From Gracilinanus agilis (lineage: Eukaryota), in NCBI RefSeq assembly GCF_016433145.1, contig NC_058130.1, positions 776,270,791 to 776,334,790 on the forward strand: DNA of 64,000 nucleotides, in the 5' to 3' direction. Position numbers and translations under genes: made by a program. Shown in pieces: positions 50,641 through 63,194 of this stretch. Positions within the stretch are counted from its first letter, which is position 1; each line of letters begins with the position of its first letter. Below the pieces are notes generated by a model. It was given only the letters and a program-made list of their open reading frames with translations. It was not told the DNA's origin and searched no databases.

Positions 50641-53600
50641 ACTCCATTCAACACATCCCTTCCAGTTGGCATCCCTAGGTCTCATATATCCCGTGGCATT
50701 TTGTATGGATCTTTCCTTTTTGTCTTTCTCACTCTTCCTTGTGTCGTAGGTGTCTGTGTAGTTTTCTTTCCTACCCTGGCATTGTAGACCCCTGTGTCGG
50801 AATTCTCTTTCTATCCCTGGTACCTGGCATAGGATCTTGTACATGATAGGTACCACGTAAACAAAGTATGTTGAATTAGATAAATATATCTGAAGGGAAG
50901 AGGCATTGTAAGCTGAGGAGAAAAGCATGAACAAAAAAATAGAGGGCAGCAAATTTGGGGCTGCTTGGGGGCTACAGCAAGGAATTCCATTTATAATATA
51001 GGGGCTCTGAAGGAGAGTAATAGAAAGGACCAATCTCATAGAGCCAGGTGAAAGAATAGGGAGCCATTGAAGGTTTTAAGTAAGTGGGTGGCATTCTAGT
51101 GGTGCTTCAGGAAGATGAATCTAGTAGCATACTTGTCCCAGTTGATTTTTTGCATTTGGGGCAAGTACAAGGAATCAGAGCCCAAAGATTCAAAGAATCC
51201 TTTTTACTAAAAATGTGTTTCAGTACCCCGAGGTAGAAGTAGCTCCCAAGGCAGTTGGAAGCAGTTCAGGACAATAGAAACAAATAAAAAGTGCCCTGCG
51301 GGAGATGTGGAGGTTCCCTGGGGTCTTAGGAACTCCCTACCAATGTCATAAAGCCTGCTTTTGTACTCTGGTTGCCCAGAGGGCCCATGACAGAGTGCCA
51401 GTCCCCCATGAAGCAGAGTTACCAGCTTCCTCAAGCCTGCACCAATATTTCATTGCCCACAACAGCCCCAGCTGGTAGTGTGAGAGCATGGGGGTCAGCT
51501 CCCAGTTCCACCTATTTCTTGGCCCACAACCAAATCATAGGATGGATTTGGAGGAGGAACATTGAAGGAGGAGGACCAGTTAATACATTATTCATGTCAA
51601 GGCAAAAGAGTATGATGATCCTGAATGAGGGTGGCAGTGATAGAAATAAATAGGAATTTGGAAAGGTAGGAACAGTGAGTGATGGGAAGGGGGAGAGAGA
51701 AGAAACCTCAAAAATAGTGTCCAGCTGTTGAGGGAGGAGAATGTAGAGGAGGGCAGTTGGGTTAACAGATTTCTCCCTCCTTGGGAGGTGTCAGAGCCCA
51801 AGAATCTATTCCACTTGCTTACAATCCATTTGGAAAGTGGCTTGGGAGAGTATCGTGGGTCCTCTTTGTTCTAATGAATGGTCCCACTTGGTTTCCAGGC
51901 AGTGAAGGGGAAGGTGTTCGGTGTGGCCCTGTTCCTAGCAGCTGACGATATGATGATAGAAGAAACAAGACAGGCTGCACACCCGCTTCTCCCCGGGCCA
52001 GAGCCCTGCCCGATCTCTCAGATGAACACTGGTCATTTCACAGTGGTGTTGCTGGCTGGGATTTTCTATCCAAAGAAGATATCTTCCCAAAGAATCTTAG
52101 AGATATCACTTACATTCTCACCAGCCCTGGGAGATGAATCGTAGTTATGATCACAGTTTTTAGGTGGAGAAACTGAGACACAGAGTTGCAGTGGGCCTGG
52201 GCCAGTGTCATAGGATGAATATGGGACAGTCATGAATAGGCTCTGGGCCTGCCTTGCCAAGAGCACCATTTTGTCTTGGGCCATTTGACCTCGATTTTCT
52301 GCCTTTGTTATTATCATTTCACTTCCTCAGCAGTCTTTTTTTATTGTCAGACAAAGCCCCCCAAAGGAGAAGCATTTGGGAGAAATCCTCTGGAATTTCC
52401 CACGGCAGCCTTTGCTCCTAGGACTGATAAAGGAGATAAATCCAAATTCAGTTTGTTAATGAGGACAGAATCGGCCTTAAATTCTTCCTTTGACTGGGGC
52501 AGGCAGGTGAGCCATGGCCTGGGTGTGAGGTGTTCCCATCTGTGCATTATGGGAAGCTATTTCTTTAGATGAGGCTTCCTCCTCAATGAGAGGCTGGGGA
52601 AAGCTTCACTGATTCCTTTTAAAATGGAAATCCCCTCCAGTACATCCATCCTTCCTAGTTTAGAAGGGGGATGTTTATCACACCCTAAACCCCGGATTAT
52701 ATTGGTGCTCAGGGCTGCGGAATCTGGCTCTCGCCTCTGCTCGAAAGCCCGCCCGCCTGCCTTCCTGGCATCGCTGGGTACCAGAGCATCTGCGTGCCAT
52801 TTTACAGATTCCCCCCTCCCCGCTCCTTAGTGTTCAATATGTGGAGAAGGAGAGGGAGCATAAAGGGATTCAGGGCTTGTATTTTGATAGGACAAGCAGA
52901 TTCCAGGGCCTGCGGTTATTAGCTTCGTGTTTGGAAATGGTGCAATGAAGGGAATTTTTTAAAAGTGAATTAAACTGGGCTCCAGCTCTAGCACCCTTCC
53001 ATCCCCTAAGGATTCAGGAATTGAGAAGAGGCCACCAGAGGGTGGTTGGAGGGATCTTGGCTCTGGGAGTATTTTTTCTTTCCTCTTAATTGTAATGTTT
53101 CCTCTCTTCATCGGGAACCAAAGTGATGATGGTGTCTTGCCCAGTGCTCCACCCTCCATTGCTGTAGGAACAAGATTATCACAATGCAGCCTTGGAAATC
53201 AATTTTCTCTCTGTGCTGATGAAAATGTAATTTATTCTTAATCAACCAGCCTTGCTGCTGTAGGCTGCACCCTGCATATACATTTATTTATCCTCTCTGT
53301 CACTCTCTGCCCTGAACAGCCTCCGAGTAGGGCCCAAAGAACAGTGAAGCCATATTTTTTCCAGGAGATCCCCTTAGTGATGAGAGGCAGAGAAAAGAGC
53401 CAAGAAGGAGTCAGAAGATGTAGGTGTGAATCTTGGCCCTTGTCTGTTGATGTGACCTAGTCCAAGACACTTCCCATCACAGAACTGTGTCCTTTTCTGT
53501 AAAAGATCGAGCAAGACCAGCAGTTTGCTTAGGGCAGTGATGGCAAACCCGTGGCACGGGTACCAAAGATGGCATGCAGAGGGCTCTCTGTGGGCATGCA

Positions 53601-56372
53601 GCCCTCCTCCACCCCGTCCCTCTGCCCAACAGCCAGTAGGAGCGCTTCTTCCCCTGTGTGGGATGTGAGGGGGGTGGCACTTCTTCACTGGCTTAGGGGG
53701 ACCCTGAGATTTTCAAGACGTCCTCAAGGTCCAAGTGATTTCCATAAGCATAAGCTGCAGAAGCTCTTTTGTGGAGGGGATCCCCAAAGTCCCTTCTACC
53801 TGCCTCCATGAGGCCAGGGTAGATGAGAGCCCTGAGCCTGGCATGCGAAGGGCCCACAGTGGCCGCGTGTGTCCGAGGCCTCCATCTGCCAGCCAGCAGC
53901 TCCCACTCACACAGCTCGCTTCGGTTTTCTTTGCAACACTGCGGGGCTCCCGGGTCTTCGGAAGAGCTTCCCGGCTCCGTGCTGCGCTGTGCGTCCCTCT
54001 GGTCGAGGATGGCGCTGGCTGGGTTCGCTCTCCCGGGTCTCTGCTTCCTTATTGTAGCAGAATTGGAGGAGCTCCGCGAGTGGCGCAGGACGGTTCTGAC
54101 GGTATCGTCCCCGAGGCCTGGCAGAGCGGCTCGCACACGGCCAAGGGCTTTGACTTGCTCATGGCAACGACTCGTGGATCTCTCCGGGCCTCTCCGGTGC
54201 TGTTTCAGGGAGGCTGTCGAGGGAACCCGTCGCCTCCTCATCCACTCCCTTACAGTTCACCAGGCTCTGGGAAGGTCCTTCCTTGAGGGATGTTTGGCTC
54301 ATGCCTATGTGAACCCAGCAGACCTTGATCTCAAGGACGGAAGCCCAGGATTTCCCCTTTGCTCCTTACATGGCGGCTCCAGGGAGACTTCTGGGGAGCT
54401 GAGATGGAGGCTGGGTGCAGGGATGGAGCAGCCCCTGGCCTCAAGCACTGGCAGAGGTGGATGTTGGGAGCCTCAGAGTCCTCCCACCACAAGGCCCTCT
54501 GCATACTAACAAGCCCATGCTTGAGTGCCTGGAATGTGGGGCTGCCAGATCCTCCCAGCCTGGCCTGTCATGTGTGGGATCCAAGAATTCTTGGACTCGG
54601 CCACAGAGCCCAGGAGCTCAGGCCGGGGCGCAGGAGGCCTGTGTGCCCAAGCTTGGGGCCCAGCCCGACGCAGGAGCTTGGCACTGTCCCCCGGAGGTGG
54701 GACAACCGCCACCACAGTAAGGAGCATTTTGTCATGCGACCTGGTGTTTATTAGGCCAAGGAACCCCCTTTCCAGTGCAGATTGGGGCCCACCGCTGCCT
54801 GCAGCCTGGGCACTGAGTGTCACCCAAGTGTGGAGTGTTGGGGGCAGGATTAGAATCCAGACCAGCCTCAGAGGACATGAGGCAGTGGATTTGGAGTCTG
54901 GAGACCTGAATCCCAGCTGGGCTGCCTGTGAGCTGGGCGATGTTGGGCCTCGGTTTCCTTCTCCATGAAGTGAGGGGCTGCGTGAAAGGATCTGAGGCCC
55001 CCCCAGCTATGGCCTCTGAGAATGCTGGGTGTGAAGTGAAGAGGCTAAAGGAGGGGCCACGTTTCTTTGACATGGTCGTGCGGGACTCGGCTCCCACCCC
55101 CACCACTTTTTCCTGTCAGTGCAGGGAGTAGATTTGGGCAAGTCCGTAGGAAATCTCATTTTAGCCAAGGAGTAAAAGATGCCCCCCCCCCAGAGCCCCA
55201 TCAAGAATGACTGAGGGTCCTGGGGGTGGCAAGGGGAGAGCCTGAAGGAAACCTCTGAGGCCTGAGGCCACCCTTTAAAGCTTTAAGGCCATGATCTGGC
55301 ATGATTTAAAGAGCGGGTCCTCAACCTGTCCTGTTTGGACAACATAAATTCAGCCATTTCCAGAATGACCAAATGGGGGGAGGGTGCTTCTTTCTTTGGG
55401 GGGCTGTTTGTGGTGTCCGGGAATCCTGAGGCACACCAGGGCTGTGACGGAGCCCACCTGCTGCAAGTCACTTAACCTTCTGGCCTCAGTTTCCTCCTTT
55501 GGACTTGGCTATTATGTTCTCTTTGGTCCCTTCAGACTCTCAATCCTGTGATATCATGACAGCTTTTTAGAGCTCAAAGGAACGACCCAGAGCAGTCCTT
55601 TAATTTTGTAGAGGAAGAAACAGGTCCAGAAAGGCACAGAACTGAGACCAAAATAGGGCCCAAAGACCACGTGCTCGGGAGGTTGTCGTAGCCGCTTCTT
55701 TGTCTCGGGGCCTAGCAGAGAGGACGTCGCTGCCTCTCCAGCTCTCTCTGCCCCGGAGCTTTGGCTTTGCCTCTGGCATTCCCGTGCCAAGGGCTTGGGG
55801 AGCCGGGCTGCATCAGCTTTGCCTCTGGTGGCCCCAAGATCAGGAAAACGGTTTCAGAAGAGGGGCGCCGCCTTCCGCTCCTCCTTCCAGAGCTCTGTGG
55901 ATCCTGAGACCGTGTCCTAGACAGAGCGGCTGGGCCTTCTCCTACGCACTGCAGGCTGCAGTCTTGCTCTGTCTGCCTTGGGCTTCAGCGGGCACCCAGC
56001 CTGTGGAAAGGCCCGCCTCACACCTCCCCTGCCGCCGTCACTGGGCTGCCCAGGAGGCACTGTTCCCTTCCTGGAGCTCGCCCCCGGGCTCACGAGGGAA
56101 GGAAGAGACGCTTGTGTGACTGGGTGAGCGGAGCCCCGGAGGGGCTGCCCAGCGGCCCTTGCCAGTCGGAGCCCGTGCCCGCTGCTCGGGGCCGGGAGGA
56201 CATTTCTTTGCTAGCACGCTTTTGCCCGTGTCTTCTGCAGTGCAGGGGCCACAGCCTCTGGGGTGTGAGTTTGGGGGAGTCTGGAGCCCCCTTTAGAGCT
56301 CTGGCACCTTCCTGAGCCCCCTCGTGGGCTGCAGCCGGGCCTCCATTCACCACCTTCTCTGCTCTCTTACAG

Positions 56373-56423
56373 CTGACCTTACAGAGCACAAAGTCCCGCG
56401 TGGCCTTCTTTGAAGAACTCTAG
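56373..56423 (+). CDS. NF2: NF2 exon 17 coding part (isoform 1 C-terminus)
   Basis: ctctcttacag|CTGACC...GAACTCTAG; LTLQSTKSRVAFFEEL*. Confidence 0.99.
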   Translation: MTLQSTKSRVAFFEEL

Positions 56424-58458
56424 AGAGTGGCGCGGCCACCCGCGGAGCGAGCGGCCACCTGTGCCCGGGCACGGCTGGAGGACAACCGGGAACTCCTCAG
56501 ACGTCGTTCCAGCCGAGGGGTGACCCCGACCCGCCCACGTGCGACGGCCTTGAATTCCAGCCTTCCCAGGTTTCTCGGGTGGGATTCAAGTTCAGCCCCG
56601 TGGATGTTTGGACTGAGCCGCCTCTTCTGTCCGGCCTGCCATTCGGGCTCCACGCGCTCTCTGAGGGAGGCGGGCGAGGGAGCGAGGAGGAGCCAAGCCC
56701 TTGGGGTGCCCCTTGTGCCAGGGGACAGGAAGATGGGGGGCGGGGGGGTCACTGCCCCCGCCAGGCTTGCGCAACACACTTCCCCCATCCAGGAAAAAGC
56801 GTTGCGATCAAGTAGGAACTCCAGGCTTGCGAGCGCAGCTCCTCAGTGGCCGGGCCGGCGCTGGTGGCAGGAGGGCCGCCTTTGGGCTCTGGGGGTCGAG
56901 GCTGCAGAGCTTCCCAGGGCAAGGCCTTCGGCCTCGGGTCCAGGCACCCGAGTTTGTGCTTCAGCTGCCAGAGAGCCAGAGGCAGGACGAGCAGCTGAGT
57001 CTGCGGGAAGGAATTTAGGGGCAAAGAGCAGCCGCAGCTCTCGAGTGTGCCTCGTGCCAGTGTCCGCCATGGAGGGGAGCAGCCCCCCAAGCCCCCCTCT
57101 GACGTGTTGGGCCCGAGGCTTGGAGGGCTGCCGGTCTTCTCAGATGTCCCCGGAGCTCCCGGGTACTCCTGACCTGCCGTCGATGGCAGCCCTTCCTTTG
57201 GCACCGACTCCGGCTCCTCTGCTCTGTCTCGAAGCCTCTCCTGCCCCAGGCCCATCTGCGCCCCTTCCTCCCCTCAGTGTGCCTGCTAACGTGTTCTGAG
57301 CAAAGAACGCCGCTCCCCCTCCCCCCGATCTGCCCTGGGGAGCCCGAGCCCTGCCTGGCGGCTCCCGTCCTCTGTCCCTGAGCCCCTCCTGGCCTGTTTC
57401 TGTCCTCCCTGCCGGCAGGGGGATGGCCTCAGTGACCTCTTGGTTGCAACGAATGTGAATGCAGGGGCTCGGCCTGTGCCTGCTGCCACTTGGTCATCCA
57501 GGCCGGGGGAGGCCTGGGATGCATCACTGTTGGGGGGCCTGAGGAATCCCCCCCCCCCACTGGGATGGGGCTCTGCTCCACGGGACCACACCAGCTCTGG
57601 CCCGGCCCCCTCCCTGACCAGCTGGGAGGAGCCAGCGCTGCCCCGGGGCCCGATAACTTGGGGATCCCCTCCTTTCTTCCTCTCTTAGAGAGGTTCAAGG
57701 TAGGAACGCTCTGTGTGAGATCTGTCACCGCAGTGGGGGCACGACTGTGGCCCAGCTTTCTGTCTCCTGGGCATCCAAGCTTCGATGCTTCTTTCCCTTT
57801 AAGAAAGAGAGCCTGGCCTGGGGCCCTGATGCAACCCGTCCTCCTGGGGCCCCAGGAGCACAGGGGGGCTTGGAAAGAGAGGAGAGCGCCGGGCGTCCCT
57901 GGCCATTCTCTCCTGGGGAAAGGGAGAACCACGGAAGCCCCTTCACTCCACTCAAGAAGAGGCTCCCCCTGTGGGCGTGGGAGCGAGCAGGAAAGATGCA
58001 GGCCAGGCTGTCTGTGGGCTTTGGGATGCCCGGGGAGGGCTTCCAGCCCCCCAGCTCCTGCCCAGGCCTCCCCCAGGTTCGTGAAAGCGGGTGAGCCGGC
58101 GGCCCGCTGGCCAGCCCCACACTCCAGCGCTTCCAAGTGCATTTTGTAACGGTGTCCCCGTGTCTGTCTCTGTGTCCCTCTGTCTCCAGTCTGGCCAAGC
58201 CCCCTCGGCCCGTCCTCCTGCTCTCCCCTCGCCCTCTGTGCCAATGTCCACTCAGCCCCTTTGTCCGCCGGACTCTCGGCCGGGCCTGACCCCAACGTGG
58301 ACATCTCGTCCAAACCCCTTTCAAAGCAAAAGTTGGCGATTTGGATTTGTATGGCCCGGCTGGGGCCTGGGCAGGTGGAGCCCCTCCCCTGTCGGGGTTA
58401 AATACCGACGAGTCTGTTTTCTATTCCGGGGGGTGGTTCTATTTTAACAGATTGTTTT

Positions 58459-58464
58459 AATAAA
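58459..58464 (+). terminator. Proximal polyadenylation signal
   Basis: AATAAA in an AT-rich patch within GC-rich UTR, followed by GU-rich gtctgtggttgtcttgg. Confidence 0.65.
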
Positions 58465-58859
58465 AATGCAAAGCTGAAAGAGTCTGTGGTTGTCTTGGAG
58501 ATTCGCACTCGGGGCCATCGGCCCCACTCGGAGGGAGACAGGGCCGGAGCCAGGATTGGGCCTCGGCGGGCCCTCCTCTGTAAATGAGGAGGCTGACCTC
58601 TGATCTAGGAATTCTGGGTGAGAGTGACCCCCCACTGAGGGTTGGGGTGCCGGCCGCCCACTGGCCCGACAGGACTCTCCAGCTCTTGGGGTACATTCCA
58701 GGGCTGCTGTCGATTCGGCAAACCCCAGGAGTGCTTGGCCCAGTGCTTGGGGGCAAAGCTGTGTGCGGAGAGCCGGCCCGGCCTTCCGAGGGGCTGTGCC
58801 CGTGCCAGCCTCAGCAGCGTGGGACACGAGCCAGGCCTGTACGAAAGGCAGGCCCACGA

Positions 58860-58980
58860 GGGGCCTCCCCGCTAGCTTCCCCAGGGTCACCCGGTGAGGA
58901 AGTGTCCGAGGCCAGATTCGAACCCAGGACCTTGCATCTCCAGACCTGGCTCTCTCCACTGAGCCAGCGAGCTGCCCCTC
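58860..58980 (-). mobile_element. SINE1_Mdo/Mar1-type fragment inside the 3'UTR
   Basis: cccagggtcacc...gaggccagattcgaacccaggacc...ccactgagccagcgagctgcccc. Confidence 0.78.
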
Positions 58981-59720
58981 GTGAGCCCCAGTTCCTTTCT
59001 TAACCTCTGTGGGACACGGGCCTTCCCACCGCATTGGGACTGTAAGTGCATAAGTCACGTCCAACATTGCCATGGAAACCAGTTCTTTTGGACAGAGTGC
59101 TCTGAAAGTGAAGAACCCTGGGCTGGTGCCTGCCGGGTGGGATTCCACCACCGATTCTCATCCATTCCCCCTTCGAGGAAGCCGAGAGGCCGCTTCCCTT
59201 CCCTCCGCTCGGCGGCCCAGGACGCTCTTCCCAGCGGCCACTTCTCCTCCGACGTCCTGCGTGACGGGCGGCTGCCTCGGGGGCGTCTGTCACCCCAAGA
59301 GCTAACAGCACGGTGCCGATCCCGTCCTGCGGCTGCGGCTTTTGTAGAAGGGCTGAGTGGCCTCACCCCATCCCGGTCTCGGAAAACCCGATCCAGGCCC
59401 TCCGGAAGTAGGCACGACAGCCGGTTCGGAAACCCCAGAACACTCGGGAACTCCGCGGGTGACTCCGGCCCATCCCCTGGGACCCGGCAGCTCAGGAGGA
59501 AGCCGGGCAAAGCCGCAGCAGACCTCCTCCACTGTGGGCAGCCCCATTCCTTCCCACCCACCCAGGCCCTTCGTTTGGACAGGCTGCCTAAGGGGGGTGG
59601 TCTTAAAGGAAAACCAGAGCAAAACCCCCAAAATGAAGACAAGAAACCGCTCTGCCAGGGGGACCTCTTGGGCTTTCCAACAACCTCCTCGGGAACTCCG
59701 CTTTAGACTTCACAGAAATG

Positions 59721-59753
59721 AATAAACCCAGAGCAGCGTTTAAAGTAAATAAA
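59721..59753 (+). terminator. Distal polyadenylation signals (AATAAA x2)
   Basis: AATAAA at 59721-59726 and 59748-59753. Confidence 0.6.
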
Positions 59754-59983
59754 TTCCGAGCTGGAGACCTTCCTCTCCCACTGATGCATCCCAACCAAGT
59801 TTGGGCATGGCCTTCAAGGGGATGATGATGACTTACAGCAGCTCAGGAAGATGTGAGCCATAGCAGTTCATAGAGGGGTTGGAAGCCGCTGGCAAAACCC
59901 AGGGTCTTTGGATGATCCAAGTATTCCCAAGAGACTGATTGATAGGAAATGTGGACCTTCCCTCAGTCGCTTCTCCCCTGTGG

Positions 59984-60055
59984 CATCACTGTTGCCCGTC
60001 TCCCTCCAGTCCCCGGGACCATCACTGTTGCCCGTCTCCCTCCAGTCCCCGGGAC
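59984..60055. repeat. Perfect 36-bp tandem duplication
   Basis: catcactgttgcccgtctccctccagtccccgggac at 59984-60019 and 60020-60055. Confidence 0.97.
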
Positions 60056-60839
60056 GGGCGTTCTCCATTCATATCCCCCTGCAGTATTGTGTCAGCCCAC
60101 CCCAGAGGCGGCCAGCTGCCTTTAGGGACCCCCCCACTCTCCCATGATGCAAAGCTGAGGAAGGAGGATCAGAGGAAGCCTGCAGCCCCTCTTTAGTCAT
60201 CCCCCCCCCATCCCAGAGCTGCAGAAGCAAACAGAGGCATCCTCGCATTCATGGCTTCCATCCGGCACCCAGCTCAGACGCCCTGGCGGCTTGCACACAG
60301 TAGGTGCTCCCTAAGTTTGTGGGAGAGGAGACGAAGCAGCCTCCCTCCTCCTCCTCCCCCTCCGTGACAGTGATCCCTGACAGCCTCTTATTACTGCAGT
60401 AGGCACAAATCAGCCGACAAAGAGACAGGTAAGGCCCTCTCAGCGGTGACAGAAACAGCCTGGGAAAATGTGTCAGAGGCTCGAGCCCGCCGCTGCCGCC
60501 TCCGCCGCTGACTCAGGCTGAACCGCTCCTCCTCGCCTGTCCTGGAGCCCTAATAGGCTTGGAGCTCCCCAGCCCCCTCCCTCTGCAGCTGTGCCCAATT
60601 GTCTCGTTAATGCACTCGGGGACTGGAGAAGGGCTGAAGCTCCTGGCCCAGCCGGGGGGATAGGGCACCTTCTGGGAGCCTCAGTATTCCCATCTACAAA
60701 ATGGGCATGAATCGAGTAGTTCCTCCCTACGTCAGGAATTAGAAGGAGCAAAAGGTTGTCTGTAGGCATGGGAGATGCTCAGGAAAGAGAGAGAAAGCCA
60801 CTAGACCCAGGAGACATGGGAATATTTTAATTGTTAGGC

Positions 60840-61027
60840 TTTTTTTTTTTTTAAATCTTTCCATCTTAGCATCAATCCAAAGCAGAAGAGACATAAGGGG
60901 CTAGACAATGGAGGTTAAGTGACTTGCCCAGGGCCACACAGCTAGGAAGTGTGTGAGGTCAAATTTGAACCCAGGACCTCCCATCTCTAGACCTGGCTCT
61001 CTATCCACTGAACCACCCAGCTGCCCC
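60840..61027 (-). mobile_element. SINE1_Mdo-type SINE
   Basis: Poly-T, body and head ccacccagctgcccc. Confidence 0.85.
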
Positions 61028-62543
61028 CCAACAACTTTAACTGTAAATAATTAGAAAAAATTAGAATCTTTATTAAAATAATAATCTGATATAAAACTAA
61101 TTTTTCAAATTAGAATCCTAAGAGCTGGGAGAAGCCTTGCATGGCCCAACCTGTCACCCTACTCAAGAGCACCCTCTCCAGGCAGAGTCTGGAGATGAAG
61201 AAATATGTACATCTCGGGGTTTTTATAGATCCATGTGCTCTGCAGTCTTCTGATAAACTGTTTCCCCTTTGCCATCGTGTGTGCTTGTTTGGGGCACTTA
61301 GAAGGCAGGATTCTGAGAAGCTTCCCCCGAGAGCCAATGGGGTCCCTGCATTGGCAGAAAGGGTTCTCAGCCGAACTGGGCAGCTCAGCAGACAGCCCAC
61401 TCCGTTTCTGACAGCTCCGATTGTTAGCCCTGTTCCTGGGGCACAGGAAATCCGGCTCCCTGGAACTCTTCCCTGCCTCGTTCCCGGCCCACCAAGTCTG
61501 TGGAGCTGCCCAGAATCGGATGGATGAGTTTCCTTCCCACACGGTGGCCCTCTCCCTGGAGAGATGGTGCCCCTGGAGGCCCAGTCCCCTGCCCTGAGAG
61601 CCCTCTCTTCTCCAGGCTGAACACTCCCACTTTCTTCATGGTAGCTCATGACATTTGGGTCATTGACCAAAATTGGGCCCAGAACCGAGCCCGGTACCCT
61701 AAGAATGGACCGACTGGGGCTGAGGACTGAGTGATAGGAGAAGGGGAGCGTTAGGCTCTTCCTCTTGTTTTACAGATGAGACAACTGAGGCCTGGGGAGA
61801 GATTTGCCCACAGTCAGAGTAGCAAGTCACAGCCGATATTCAGACTCGGAATGGCCCTTTGCTGAAATCTGCTGTGTGACCTAGGGAGAGTTCCCTCCCT
61901 CGCTGGACCTTCGTTTCTTCTGTGAAATAAGGGGCCTCGGAGAGGTTTCCCTGCCCATCCGCCAGGCACCTTAGCTCCTCTTGGCAGCCATCGCTGCCCT
62001 TTGGCCCTTTATCCACAGAAAGGGTCCAGGGAGACCAGCTATAACCCCAGAGGCTGGTGACCTGGATACCCGCCAAGGGCTCACCCTAGGATCACCCCAT
62101 GGTCCGCTGAGTGACTCCCATCTGCCGGGGGAGCTTAATGAGTCCCGGGCCCGGTTGTTTATCGGCTGCTGTGTTTGCACAGTGCCAGCAGCAAAGCCAA
62201 GACGATGATGTATCACCCCAGCTAGGACGGCCCGAGAAGGATGATCCTGTTTTTGCACATTTATCCTGGCTGTTCAGGTCAATAATTTACTGGCAGCTAA
62301 TGGCAGGAGAGGAGCTGGGTGGGCCAGGCCTCGCCTCTCGAAGCCCTCTTGTGTCCCTTGCTACAAGCCGGGTACCTTGGCTGGGGAAGGAAACGCAGCC
62401 CCCCGCAGAAGCAGGAAGGGGAGGGGTACCACCTCATTTCTCCCTTAGCAGACATAAGGAAGGAGTCCTTCGGGATAAATGATGCCACCCTGTGCCCACC
62501 CACCACAGGAGCTTTGGGAGGAAGAATTAAATCCAGAAGCCAA

Positions 62544-62570
62544 GGGGAGGGAGGGAGGGAGGGAGGGAGG
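62544..62570 (+). repeat. (GGGA)n run, G-quadruplex-capable
   Basis: ggggagggagggagggagggagggagg. Confidence 0.85.
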
Positions 62571-63194
62571 TGCCCCCCCTGCCCCATCTGCCCCATCCCG
62601 GATCCTGCTCCCGGCCAGAGGAGGCAGAGCGGCTGCAAGGAAAGGGCTCCCCCGAAGAGCAGTGGGGATAGCCTGTGGTGGGTATCTCCCCAGCCGGAGG
62701 GGGCCGCAGGAGGCGGGAGCAGCTGAGCACCAATGACATTTGGCTGCCTCCTCAGACGGCCCTGCAGCTCTCAGTGCACACAAAATGAGGTCTATTTATC
62801 TCTCCCTCCCCGCTCCCCCTCCCGAGCCCAGAGCGGGCTCGCCTCATTTTTTACCTGGAGAGAAGGAGCCGCTGGGGGTGTTTGCAATCAGCTCCCAATA
62901 ATAGCCCTTTGCCGGCTAGAAGGCGCGCTAACGAGCGGGGAGTTCCCCTCCCTCTTTTTAAAGAGGAATGAAGGGAAGTCCCCAGCCCAAGTTCACGCAG
63001 TGCCTGCGGCTATAGGAGGCACGATGGGTGCCCAACGGAGATAGGAACCAGGTCCTGGGCCGCCTGGGAGAGCCCGCCTGGGAGAGCCGGGTATCCAGGG
63101 GAGCTCGGGGCCAGGGAGAGAGGAAAGAAAGGGAGAGCGGATCCCTGGGTGGGCACAGCCTCTCCCTGGGGGAGAGCCTCCAGACTAAAGCAGG

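Larger units (their letters stand above)
56424..59770 (+). other. NF2: NF2 3'UTR (end inferred from poly(A) signals)
   Basis: Follows the exon 17 stop; AATAAA at 58459, 59721 and 59748; the end point is inferred, not observed. Confidence 0.65.

Noticed and set aside
50374-51039. 221-aa minus-strand ORF
   Set aside because: Chance fusion of L2-derived and L3/CR1 RT sequence.
59770-59960. Possible RTE 3'-end remnant
   Set aside because: Similarity too weak to call without a search.
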